From contig OZ247578.1 of NCBI GenBank assembly GCA_965233795.1, positions 313,878-377,877 on the forward strand: a stretch of 64,000 bases of DNA, written 5' to 3'. Origin of the DNA: an uncultured Polaribacter sp. (lineage in GTDB: Bacteria > Bacteroidota > Bacteroidia > Flavobacteriales > Flavobacteriaceae). Under the pieces are notes generated by a model. The model did no database searches. It had not been told where the DNA came from and saw only the letters and a list, made by a program, of their open reading frames with translations. Every line of letters starts with the position of its first letter. Position 1 is the stretch's first letter. This document shows positions 55,549-64,000 of this stretch, in pieces. The position numbers and the translations under genes were made by a program.

Positions 55549-57525
55549 TTAGACTACTCTTTTTAATTTGGTATACAAACGCATTCTTAAACTTGTATAA
55601 TCCATGATTAATTGTAAATCTATAGCATTTTTATTTTTAGAATTCTCTTGAATTAAGGTGTCTATTTTTTTCTTTATCAAGACTCTTCTAAGGTTTAGAA
55701 TAGCATCTGTAACCAGTTTTGGTAAGATTTCAACAGCTTCTGTAACATAAATATTTTTTCGTTCCCAGTTGCTTAAAAAGTACTTTTCATCATCCATTAA
55801 AATAGCGGTTACTATGGTAGCAATATCCTGGTTTTGGTGGGTAATAAAAGAATCGATAGCAATTTTTTCAGATTGATTTAATTGATGAATCATTTCGTAA
55901 TAAATAAACTGAAAGACAGGGTTGGTAAACTCAATTTCGTCTTCTTGTAAGTTTAAATACAATTCTTTAGAAATGGTATTGCTGTATTTTTCTTCTACGA
56001 TTTTTGTGATCCCATTTTCATTTTCTTCTTCAATAAAATCAACAAAAGAGACTTCTTCATTTCCGTATAAAAGTAAAATCCGAATAATCTCTTTTTCTAA
56101 TAAAAAGAGTGTATCTATTTCTTTAACTTGTTCTTGTGATACTTGTGTTAAGTTGGTTGATGGTGCCTCTTGTGTTGGATAGCTTTTCTTTTCTTCTTTT
56201 GTTTTTTTAGATAAAAGTTGTGCCAACTCGCTAAATAAAACTCGTTCAGAGATATCCATAATCCGGGCACATTCTTGCACATAAACTTCTCGCTGAATGC
56301 TATCTGGAATTTTAGAAATACTGGTAACAATATCCCTAATCAACCCTGCTTTTTTTATAGGGTCGTTTTTAGTGTCTTTTAATAATAAAGAGACTTTAAA
56401 ATTGATGAAATCTTGTGCAGATTCTTCTAAATAGGTTTTTAATTCGGCATCTGAATGCGATTTTGCAAAACTGTCTGGATCTTCTCCGTCAGGAAATTGC
56501 ACTACCTTTACATTCATCCCTTGTTCTAAAATAAGGTCGATTCCGCGAATAGAAGCTCTAATTCCTGCTGCATCACCATCAAAAAGAACTGTAATGTTTT
56601 TGGTGAGCCTGTTAATCAATCGAATTTGATCGGCTGTTAAAGCGGTTCCTGAAGAAGCAACAACATTTTCTATAGCTGATTGATGAAACGAAATAACATC
56701 TGTATAACCTTCTACCAAGTAGCAATTGTCTTGCTTGGCAATTTCTTTTTTAGCTTGATAAATTCCGTATAAACTTTTACTCTTATGATAAATGTCACTT
56801 TCTGGTGAGTTGAGGTATTTTGCAGCTTTTTTATCGTTGGTTAAAATACGTCCGCCAAAACCCAAAATACGACCAGACATTGAATGAATAGGAAACATTA
56901 CACGCCCTTTAAAACGATCGAATTGTTTGTTTCCTTTGCCGTTAGACAAAGTCTCTTTTACAATAGTTAATCCTGTAGCCGCTAAATATTTTAAATCGTA
57001 TCCTTTGCTAAGTGCCGCATTGGTAAAAGCATCCCATTCATCTAAACAATATCCTAAATCAAACTTTTCAATAATATCGTTTCTAAAACCACGCTCTTTA
57101 AAATAAGATCCGCCAATGGCTTTTCCTAGTTGTGTATTTTTTAGAACATCGCAAAAATAATCTTTGGCAAAACTAGAAACCAAAAACATACTTTCACGTT
57201 CGTTTACTTTTTCTTTTTCTTCATCGGATTGCTCCGTTTCTTCAATGGCTATGTTGTATTTTTTTGCTAAATATCTAATAGCTTCTGGGTACGAATAATG
57301 TTCGTGTTCCATTAAAAAAGAAATCGCATTTCCGCCTTTTCCAGTACTAAAATCTTTCCAAATTTGTTTTACTGGAGACACCATAAAAGAAGGGGTTTTT
57401 TCGTCTGTAAACGGACTCAATCCTTTAAAGTTACTTCCTGCTTTTTTTAACTGAACAAATTCACCAATAACCTCTTCTACTCGGGCAGATTCAAAAACAC
57501 GGTCTATGGTACTTCTAGAAATCAT
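55549..57525 (-). CDS. dnaG: DNA primase DnaG
   Basis: 658 aa. Zinc-ribbon region (...KGLSPFTDEKTPSFMVSP), TOPRIM (LVEGYTDV, LFDGDAAG). Confidence 0.96.
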   Translation of the reverse strand: MISRSTIDRVFESARVEEVIGEFVQLKKAGSNFKGLSPFTDEKTPSFMVSPVKQIWKDFSTGKGGNAISFLMEHEHYSYPEAIRYLAKKYNIAIEETEQSDEEKEKVNERESMFLVSSFAKDYFCDVLKNTQLGKAIGGSYFKERGFRNDIIEKFDLGYCLDEWDAFTNAALSKGYDLKYLAATGLTIVKETLSNGKGNKQFDRFKGRVMFPIHSMSGRILGFGGRILTNDKKAAKYLNSPESDIYHKSKSLYGIYQAKKEIAKQDNCYLVEGYTDVISFHQSAIENVVASSGTALTADQIRLINRLTKNITVLFDGDAAGIRASIRGIDLILEQGMNVKVVQFPDGEDPDSFAKSHSDAELKTYLEESAQDFINFKVSLLLKDTKNDPIKKAGLIRDIVTSISKIPDSIQREVYVQECARIMDISERVLFSELAQLLSKKTKEEKKSYPTQEAPSTNLTQVSQEQVKEIDTLFLLEKEIIRILLLYGNEEVSFVDFIEEENENGITKIVEEKYSNTISKELYLNLQEDEIEFTNPVFQFIYYEMIHQLNQSEKIAIDSFITHQNQDIATIVTAILMDDEKYFLSNWERKNIYVTEAVEILPKLVTDAILNLRRVLIKKKIDTLIQENSKNKNAIDLQLIMDYTSLRMRLYTKLKRVV

Positions 57526-57540
57526 TATTCTTGAGTTATA

Positions 57541-57571
57541 GACCTGCTAGGTTTTAAAAACCTGACAGGTC
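57541..57571. repeat. Family C palindrome GACCTGCTAGGTTTTAAAAACCTGACAGGTC (copy 2; left arm reads GCTAG where copy 1 reads GTCAG)
   Basis: Read directly. Lies between dnaG and clpX. Confidence 0.88.
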
Positions 57572-57581
57572 TCTCTTAATT

Positions 57582-58820
57582 TTAAGAGGCAGCTCTTAAT
57601 TTTTTAAGGGTAGTCTTTGTTAGTTTTGCTTCAGCGTATTTTTTAGTGACGTTAAATGTTGTTTTATTAGAACTTGGCAATTCAAACATAGCGTCTGTAA
57701 AAATAGCTTCACATAAAGAGCGTAATCCCCTTGCGCCTAATTTGTATTCTACGGCTTTATCTACAATATATTGTAAGGCTTTTTCATCTATGTCAAACGC
57801 AACATCATCCATAGAAAACAACTTTTTATATTGCTTAATGAGCGAATTTTTAGGTTCCGTTAAAATTGCACGCAAGGTTTTTGCATCTAATGGATTCATA
57901 TAACTTAGTACAGGCAATCGACCAATAATTTCTGGAATCAATCCAAATTCTTTTAAATCCGAAGGAATAATATATTGCAATAAGTTTTCTTCATTAATTT
58001 GATCATCATCTAAAGAAGCGCTAAAACCTACAGCTTGCATGTTTAAACGTTTGCTAATAACTTTATCAATTCCAGAAAAAGCACCGCCAGCAATAAATAA
58101 AATATCTTTGGTATTTACTTCTATGAATTTTTGATCAGGGTGTTTTCTTCCTCCTTTTGGCGCCACATTTACAATAGATCCTTCTAATAATTTTAGCAAG
58201 GCTTGTTGTACGCCTTCACCAGAAACATCTCTGGTAATAGAAGGGTTGTCTCCTTTACGTGCTATTTTGTCTATTTCATCAATAAAAACAATACCTCTTT
58301 CTGCTTTTTCTACGTCGTAATCTGCGGCTTGTAATAAACGACTTAAAATACTTTCTACATCTTCTCCTACATAACCTGCTTGGGTTAAAACCGTAGCATC
58401 TACAATAGAAAAAGGAACATTTAACATTCTAGCAATAGTTCTAGCAATTAAGGTTTTTCCTGTACCAGTTTCACCTACCAAAACAATATTGCTTTTTTCT
58501 ATTTCTACATGGTCTTCATCATCTTGTTTTTGTAAAAGTCTTTTGTAATGATTGTAAACCGCAACTGCCATTCCTTTTTTGGTTTGGTCTTGTCCAATAA
58601 TATATTGGTCTAAAAATTCTTTAATTTGGAGCGGCTTTTTAAGCGTTAGGTCTTCCGTTAAATCAATGGTTTTTGTTTCTTTGATTTCTTCCTCTACGAT
58701 TCCGTGTGCTTGCTCAATACATTTATCACAGATATGAGCGTCCATTCCTGCAATTAATAAATCGGTTTCGGTTTTTTTACGACCGCAAAACGAGCATTCT
58801 AAATTTTCTTCTTTGGACAT
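57582..58820 (-). CDS. clpX: ATP-dependent Clp protease ATP-binding subunit ClpX
   Basis: 412 aa. Zn-finger CSFCGR...CDKC, Walker A GETGTGKT, Walker B FIDEIDK. Confidence 0.98.
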   Translation of the reverse strand: MSKEENLECSFCGRKKTETDLLIAGMDAHICDKCIEQAHGIVEEEIKETKTIDLTEDLTLKKPLQIKEFLDQYIIGQDQTKKGMAVAVYNHYKRLLQKQDDEDHVEIEKSNIVLVGETGTGKTLIARTIARMLNVPFSIVDATVLTQAGYVGEDVESILSRLLQAADYDVEKAERGIVFIDEIDKIARKGDNPSITRDVSGEGVQQALLKLLEGSIVNVAPKGGRKHPDQKFIEVNTKDILFIAGGAFSGIDKVISKRLNMQAVGFSASLDDDQINEENLLQYIIPSDLKEFGLIPEIIGRLPVLSYMNPLDAKTLRAILTEPKNSLIKQYKKLFSMDDVAFDIDEKALQYIVDKAVEYKLGARGLRSLCEAIFTDAMFELPSSNKTTFNVTKKYAEAKLTKTTLKKLRAAS

Positions 58821-58923
58821 TTATTTCAGGTTTTAGTGATTAGTTAACTAGGAATTAGCTTGCAAGAATTTCTTACTTTTTACAATTCAACCAATTACTA
58901 ACTTACTAGTTACTAATTACTTT

Positions 58924-59583
58924 TTATTTTCTTTTTAAAATTTCATCAATCATCCCGTATGCTTTTGCTTCTTCTGCTTTCATCCAATAATCTCTATCAG
59001 AATCTTTATGTACTTTTTTTACAGTTTGCCCAGAATGATTGGCAATAATTGCATACAATTCGTCTTTTAATTTTAGAATTTCGCGTGTTGTAATTTCTAT
59101 ATCGGATGCTTGCCCTTGTGCCCCCCCTAAAGGTTGGTGAATCATGATTCTTGAATGCGGTAAGGCAGATCGTTTCCCTTTTTCTCCTGCACACATTAAA
59201 ACAGCTCCCATAGAAGCTGCCATTCCTGTACAAATTGTAGCAACATCGGGTTTTATAAACTGCATGGTATCGTAAATACCTAAACCTGCATATACGCCTC
59301 CGCCCGGAGAATTGATATAAATAGAAATGTCTTTAGAGGCATCTACACTTTCTAAAAACAACAATTGCGCTTGAATGACATTGGCAACTTGGTCGTTAAT
59401 ACCTGTTCCTAAAAAAATAATTCTATCCATCATTAAACGCGAAAAAACATCCATTTGTGTAATGTTCATCTGGCGTTCTTCCATAATATAAGGTGTTAAA
59501 CTACTCGTTATTTTACCATAATATGTACTGCTAATTCCATGATGTTTTGTGGCATATTTTTCGAATTCCTTTCCGTAATCCAT
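58924..59583 (-). CDS. clpP: ATP-dependent Clp protease proteolytic subunit ClpP
   Basis: 219 aa. Catalytic GMAASMG (Ser), IMIHQP (His), DRD region. Confidence 0.97.
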   Translation of the reverse strand: MDYGKEFEKYATKHHGISSTYYGKITSSLTPYIMEERQMNITQMDVFSRLMMDRIIFLGTGINDQVANVIQAQLLFLESVDASKDISIYINSPGGGVYAGLGIYDTMQFIKPDVATICTGMAASMGAVLMCAGEKGKRSALPHSRIMIHQPLGGAQGQASDIEITTREILKLKDELYAIIANHSGQTVKKVHKDSDRDYWMKAEEAKAYGMIDEILKRK

Positions 59584-59657
59584 GTGTAAGTATTTTTTAT
59601 AAGTTTCAACGGTAAATATAAGAACTATTCTATGAATAAATAATTCCTGTAGAATGC

Positions 59658-59688
59658 TAAAAAAACCTGAATATATTATTCAGGTTTT
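59658..59688 (-). terminator. Intrinsic terminator downstream of tig
   Basis: 10-bp stem AACCTGAATA/TATTCAGGTT. It is flanked by A7 on the plus strand, which becomes a U-run on the minus-strand transcript. Confidence 0.75.
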
Positions 59689-59751
59689 TAGTGATGATAA
59701 TATTCTAAAAACAATACTGAATGAAATTCAGCAGAAGGTTCAGAATATATT

Positions 59752-61071
59752 TTATTTATAAACTTCTTTTACAAATTCTTCGTACGTAACTTTTTTAGTT
59801 TTAAAAGTCATGTTTTCTTTGTAAAAAGTAATTAACTTTTGACTAACTAATTGGTCTTGTAGTTTTTTAGCTTCGTCTTGATTTGCTAAAATTCTACCAG
59901 CAATATCATCCAATTCTTTTTCTTCTGGATTCATGTTGCCAAATTGCGCCATTTGAGATTTTATAAATCCTTTCGCATAGTTTACCAATTCTTCATAGTC
60001 CAATTTAATATCGTTATCCTTCATAATCTTTCCTTCGATTAATTGGTAACGCAGTCCTTTTTCAGATTTTGTATATTCTTCTGCGGCTTGTTCTAAAGAA
60101 AGTTCTTTTTCGCCAGCAGTAGCTAACCATTTTGTTAAGAATTCTGAAGGCAAATCAAATTTTGTATTGTCTACTAAATACTCAGTTATTGCATTTAATA
60201 ATTGCTGATCTGCTTGTGTTTGAAATTGCTTTTCTGCGTCTTCTTTAATCTTCTCTCTTAATTCTGTGGCAGTAGTAACGCTTCCGTCTGTAAATAATTT
60301 TGTAAATAACTCTTGGTCTAAATCTGCCAATTCTATTTCCGTAATTTCTTCAATGCTAAAGTCTACCTTACTATTTAATCCTTTCGCAGTTTCTAGGTCT
60401 AAGCCTAAAGCATTTTGCAGTTTTGTATCATCTGTAAACAAGCCTTTTGTCTTTAGAGCAATGGTATCGCCAATTTTAGCTCCTAAAAATAATTTTAAGT
60501 TTGTTTTTCCTTTTAAATCTTTAACATCAATGGTCGATTTTTTATCAATGTCTTCCCCATTTGAGAATGTTCCTGTAACTTTAGAGGTTTCAGAAACAGC
60601 ATCAACTGCAGACATTTTTCCATATCTAGATTGTAAGTTTTCTACCTCTTTATCAATTAGGCTATCTTCTGCAACAATATTGTATTGCGTAACTTTCTTT
60701 TTAGCGGTTAAATTAACTTCGAATTGAGGAGCCAATCCTATTTCAAAATCAAAAGAAAGCGTAGGGGTATCCCAAGAGAAACTCTCATCAATTTTTGGTA
60801 AAGGATTTCCTAAAATATCTAATTTCTCATCGGTTAAGAATTTATTTAAAGATTCTTGTAACAGTTTGTTTACTTCATCTATCATTATAGATTTTCCATA
60901 CTGTTTTTTTACCATTCCCATAGGCACATATCCTTTCCTAAAACCAGGAATATCTGCTTTTTTACGGTAATCATTCAACACCTTTGTTACTTTCGGTTGG
61001 TAATCTTCTTCCGTAATGGTAACCTTTACAATAGCATTTAATGCGTCTATGTCTTCTTTTGTAATATTCAT
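59752..61071 (-). CDS. tig: Trigger factor
   Basis: 439 aa. N-terminal ribosome-binding motif GFRKGYVP; in the tig-clpP-clpX order. Confidence 0.95.
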   Translation of the reverse strand: MNITKEDIDALNAIVKVTITEEDYQPKVTKVLNDYRKKADIPGFRKGYVPMGMVKKQYGKSIMIDEVNKLLQESLNKFLTDEKLDILGNPLPKIDESFSWDTPTLSFDFEIGLAPQFEVNLTAKKKVTQYNIVAEDSLIDKEVENLQSRYGKMSAVDAVSETSKVTGTFSNGEDIDKKSTIDVKDLKGKTNLKLFLGAKIGDTIALKTKGLFTDDTKLQNALGLDLETAKGLNSKVDFSIEEITEIELADLDQELFTKLFTDGSVTTATELREKIKEDAEKQFQTQADQQLLNAITEYLVDNTKFDLPSEFLTKWLATAGEKELSLEQAAEEYTKSEKGLRYQLIEGKIMKDNDIKLDYEELVNYAKGFIKSQMAQFGNMNPEEKELDDIAGRILANQDEAKKLQDQLVSQKLITFYKENMTFKTKKVTYEEFVKEVYK

Positions 61072-61283
61072 TTCTATAAATCTCTAATTCTTAAAAAAGT
61101 GAGTGCAAAATTAGTCATTTTAATCAGTTCTACAAAGGTTTCCTTAAATGCCTTTTTATGAATTCTATCATCTTTATTGTTTTTTTGTAAGGAAGTATAA
61201 AAAAGTTCGTACTAAACTAAGTACCCCGTTAATATAATTTAAAAAAGCCCCTTAAATTCTAGATAAATTGTTTTCATTAAATT

Positions 61284-61316
61284 AAGAGCCTTTCCTCATT
61301 AGGGCTCTTTTTTTTG
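61284..61316 (+). terminator. Orphan plus-strand intrinsic-terminator-like hairpin in ORF-free DNA
   Basis: Stem AAGAGCC/GGCTCTT (61284-61290 / 61303-61309), followed by a T-run. Confidence 0.5.
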
Positions 61317-61392
61317 TCTAAACATTTAGGTAATTTGTCTATAGTAATTATTGCATAGACGTTTTATACTGTTGTTTAGTTGGTTTTTAAAT

Positions 61393-61400
61393 TACTTTTG
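61393..61400 (+). promoter_or_regulatory. Candidate -7 promoter box TACTTTTG
   Basis: Matches TAnnTTTG, about 50 nt upstream of the terminator hairpin at 61450-61477. Confidence 0.3.
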
Positions 61401-61406
61401 AAGTGT

Positions 61407-61477
61407 AGTTCGAAAACTAAAACGATTGTATAGATTTGATTAATGGAAAGGAGTTCTCTTAGGAGAGCTCTTTTTTT
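61407..61477 (+). ncRNA. Candidate ~70-nt small RNA (promoter box + strand-specific terminator)
   Basis: 9-bp stem GGAGTTCTC/GAGAGCTCT (61450-61458 / 61463-61471) with a TTAG loop. Two G-U pairs make it foldable only as plus-strand RNA. It is followed by T7, and there is no ORF. Confidence 0.3.
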
Positions 61478-61666
61478 GTTTTCATTGATATTGCAAAAGA
61501 AACGTCATTCAACTTGCTTGAAATATTCTTTAAATTGTATAAAAATTGTAATTTTTAACAGCGGCAAAAAATAATATTGCTACTTTTAGCAAAGTAGAAT
61601 ATTGTAAAAAGCGAATTTTAAAATGCAATCTGCACAACAAGTCACGATAAATCACCCTATTTTCCA

Positions 61667-62533
61667 ATGAAACGCAGAAAATTTATAGAAACCACCGCAC
61701 TCTCTAGTCTTTTACTCATTTCCTGTAAGAAAGGGTTAGAGAAACCTACTTTTCAAAAAGAGGATTTTATCTTAAAAAACAACATTCACCATAGTGTTTG
61801 CCAATGGTGTTTTGGAGACTTTCCCTTAGAAGATTTTTTACAAGAATTGAATACAATAGGAGTAAAAGCCATTGATTTAGTAGGTCCTAAGGATTGGCCT
61901 TTGCTTAAAAAATATAATATTGACTGTTCTATGTGTAACGGTGCAGAAATAAGTTTAACAAAGGGTTGGAATAACCCTAAATACCATGCGCAATTGATAG
62001 ACAATTACTCTAAAATGATTCCGAAAGTTGCTAAGGCAGGATATAAAAACTTAATTTGTTTTAGTGGCAATAGAGAAGGCATGAACGATGAAGTGGGGTT
62101 GCAAAATTGTGTAAAAGGACTTTCTAAGATTATTCCAATTGCAGAGAAGTATGGAGTTGTTATTCAAATGGAACTATTTAATCAAATAGATCACCCAGGT
62201 TATATGTGCGATTCTTCTGAATGGGGAGTTGCTTTGTGCAAGGCATTGAATTCTGAAAATTTTAAACTGTTATACGATATTTATCATATGCAAATTCAGG
62301 AAGGAGATATTATTAGAACGATTCGAAATTGCCATCAGTATTTTGGGCATTATCATACGGCAGGTGTTCCTGGGAGAAATGAAATTGACAATACCCAAGA
62401 ACTCTATTATCCTGCAATTATGCGTGCCATTTTAGAAACAGGCTATAAAGGTTATGTAGCGCAAGAATTTATTCCGCTTGCTACTAATAAAATTCAGTCT
62501 TTAAAAGATTCCTTTTTAATTTGTGATGTGTAA
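61667..62533 (+). CDS. Xylose-isomerase-like TIM-barrel protein (hydroxypyruvate isomerase family) with Tat/lipoprotein-like signal
   Basis: 288 aa. MKRRKFIETTALSSLLLISC signal; the later QMELFN...HYHTAGVPGRNE is typical of this family. Confidence 0.78.
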   Translation: MKRRKFIETTALSSLLLISCKKGLEKPTFQKEDFILKNNIHHSVCQWCFGDFPLEDFLQELNTIGVKAIDLVGPKDWPLLKKYNIDCSMCNGAEISLTKGWNNPKYHAQLIDNYSKMIPKVAKAGYKNLICFSGNREGMNDEVGLQNCVKGLSKIIPIAEKYGVVIQMELFNQIDHPGYMCDSSEWGVALCKALNSENFKLLYDIYHMQIQEGDIIRTIRNCHQYFGHYHTAGVPGRNEIDNTQELYYPAIMRAILETGYKGYVAQEFIPLATNKIQSLKDSFLICDV

Positions 62534-62542
62534 TGTTGTTAA

Positions 62543-62582
62543 AAAGTTAAAAAGTTAAAAAGTCTGAAAGTTGAAAAGTTAC
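62543..62582. repeat. Five tandem octamers AAAGTTAA-AAAGTTAA-AAAGTCTG-AAAGTTGA-AAAGTTAC
   Basis: AAAGT starts at 62543, 62551, 62559, 62567 and 62575, an exact 8-nt period. Confidence 0.8.
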
Positions 62583-62649
62583 CATCACTTTCTAAATCCA
62601 AAAAGTTAAAACGAGTTCAATAAGTAGAAATCAAACTCTAACATAAAAA

Positions 62650-64000
62650 ATGATAGCCTTAAGTACTTTAGATTATTTTATTATTATTTCTTTTTTTGTA
62701 ACAACACTGTTTATAGGTATTTGGGTGGCTAAAAAATCTGGAAAAAATACCACGGAGTTTTTTTTGTCAGGAAGAAATATGCCTTGGTGGTTACTGGGTG
62801 TTTCTATGGTAGCCACTACTTTTTCTACAGATACACCAAACTTTGTAACCAATTTGGTAAGAGAAAACGGTGTTTCTGGAAATTGGGAATGGTGGGCGTT
62901 TTTAATTACAGGTTTACTTACTGTTTTTGTCTACGCCAAACTTTGGAGGAAATCGAATGTACATACAGATATTGAGTTTTACGAATTGCGATATGGAGGA
63001 AAACCTGCAAAATTTTTAAGAGGATTTCGGTCTATTTATTTAGGCGTTATTTTTAATGTACTTGCCATGTCTGGCGTTACTTTAGCAGCGATAAAAATTG
63101 GCGGAGTTATGTTGGGATTAGCGCCTTGGCAAACGGTTGTAATTGCTGGATTTATTACAGTTTTTTTTAGTGCTTTAGGAGGTTTTAAAGGGGTTGTTTA
63201 TACCGATTTTCTATTGTTCTTTGTGGCTATGATTGGTGCTATAGGCGCAGCTTATTTTTGTGTAAATTTACCCGAAGTTGGCGGTGTAGAAAACCTAATA
63301 ACACACCCAAACGTGGTAGATAAAATGGCTATTTTACCAGATTTTAGCAATACAGAAATGCTTATTACGGTATTGATTATTCCTTTAGCGGTACAATGGT
63401 GGAGTTCTTGGTATCCTGGAGCAGAACCTGGCGGCGGTGGCTATATTGCACAACGAATGTTGGCGGCAAAAGATGAAAATCATGCCATGGGCGCTACGTT
63501 CTTTTTCAACATCATGCATTATGCTTTGCGTCCTTGGCCTTGGATTTTAGTAGCTTTAGCATCTTTAGTTGTATTTCCAGATATTGCCAGTATTCAAGAA
63601 GCTTTTCCTAGCATTACAGCAGATAAATTAGGGCACGATTTGGCATATTCTGCAATGCTTACAAAATTGCCTAGCGGCTTGTTAGGGTTGGTATTGGCGT
63701 CTTTAGGAGCTGCTTATATGAGTACTATTTCTACACACTTAAATTGGGGGTCTTCTTATATCGTAAACGATTTTTACAAACAACAAATCAATCCCAATGC
63801 TTCAGAGAAAAAATTAGTGCGTATTGGAAGAATTTCTACAGTTTTGTTGATGGTTTTAAGTGCTGTTTTGGCTTTGTACTTACAAGACGCGATGCAAATT
63901 TTTAAATTTATTTTAATGTTTGGTGCCGGAACAGGTCTTATTTTTATACTACGATGGTTTTGGTGGCGAATTAATGCTTGGAGCGAAATTTCTGCCATGT
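62650..64000 (+). CDS. Sodium:solute symporter (SSS family), 3'-truncated by the window edge
   Basis: Hand-translated from ATG 62650: MIALSTLDYFIIISFFVTTLFIGIWVAKKSGKNTTEFFLSGRNMPWWLLGVSMVATTFSTDTP... The frame stays open to the end of the window. It is not in the ORF track because it has no stop. Confidence 0.88.
   Translation, partial: MIALSTLDYFIIISFFVTTLFIGIWVAKKSGKNTTEFFLSGRNMPWWLLGVSMVATTFSTDTPNFVTNLVRENGVSGNWEWWAFLITGLLTVFVYAKLWRKSNVHTDIEFYELRYGGKPAKFLRGFRSIYLGVIFNVLAMSGVTLAAIKIGGVMLGLAPWQTVVIAGFITVFFSALGGFKGVVYTDFLLFFVAMIGAIGAAYFCVNLPEVGGVENLITHPNVVDKMAILPDFSNTEMLITVLIIPLAVQWWSSWYPGAEPGGGGYIAQRMLAAKDENHAMGATFFFNIMHYALRPWPWILVALASLVVFPDIASIQEAFPSITADKLGHDLAYSAMLTKLPSGLLGLVLASLGAAYMSTISTHLNWGSSYIVNDFYKQQINPNASEKKLVRIGRISTVLLMVLSAVLALYLQDAMQIFKFILMFGAGTGLIFILRWFWWRINAWSEISAM

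Noticed and set aside
61284-61316. The GAGGAAAGG string on the minus strand of the first orphan hairpin resembles the RNase P RNA P4 motif GAGGAAAGUCC.
   Set aside because: The match covers only 8 nt. The surrounding DNA is AT-rich, lacks the other conserved RNase P RNA regions and is far too short. This is a chance resemblance.
1-64000. I searched by eye for CRISPR arrays, tRNA/rRNA genes, integrases, transposases, reverse transcriptases, toxin-antitoxin pairs of known type, and riboswitch-like leaders.
   Set aside because: I saw no regularly spaced 25-40 nt direct repeats, no tRNA T-arm or rRNA signatures, and no ORF with recombinase, transposase or RT motifs. A proper tRNAscan/Infernal/CRISPR-finder run is still needed to confirm this.

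Overview
This is a visibly AT-rich chromosomal segment of a Flavobacteriaceae-type Bacteroidota genome. Supporting signs are the gldB-gldC-nadE arrangement, a protein with a T9SS C-terminal sorting domain, lipoprotein signals and TAnnTTTG-like promoter boxes. I count about 58 protein-coding genes. I found no rRNA, tRNA, CRISPR array, integrase or classical transposase. Gene blocks: (1) the suf Fe-S assembly genes sufB-sufC-sufD-sufS, interrupted by two unrelated hydrolase genes; (2) a minus-strand biotin cluster, bioF-[GIY-YIG]-bioD-bioA-[KAS-like]-[exported serine hydrolase]-bioB-[SDR]; (3) housekeeping genes (metG, ABC-F, purD, a two-component pair, an AGCS symporter, an LD-carboxypeptidase); (4) a ~14 kb very AT-rich Wzx/Wzy-type polysaccharide locus with gmd/fcl; (5) ctp, rnpA, gcdH, a folK-deoxynucleoside kinase fusion, gldC/gldB, nadE, dnaG, clpX, clpP, tig, a sugar isomerase and a partial SSS transporter. 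The most unusual content is non-coding. GC-rich palindromic elements form a REP-like superfamily with a conserved GTCAT flank and fully compensated stem changes. They occur singly, as inverted pairs (one pair brackets a GIY-YIG nuclease gene inside the bio operon) and once inside the bioF coding sequence. Other non-coding signals are two perfect-palindrome families, 8-nt phased AAAGT arrays, two tandem paralogous ~42-codon ORFs missing from the ORF track, and orphan plus-strand terminators upstream of tig. Coding-level candidates worth follow-up are an uncharacterised KAS I/II-like gene in the biotin cluster, a 559-aa protein with a C-terminal nucleosidase/phosphorylase-like domain, and a DUF2726-like single-gene islet. 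All functional calls come from reading motifs in the supplied translations; no database search was run.
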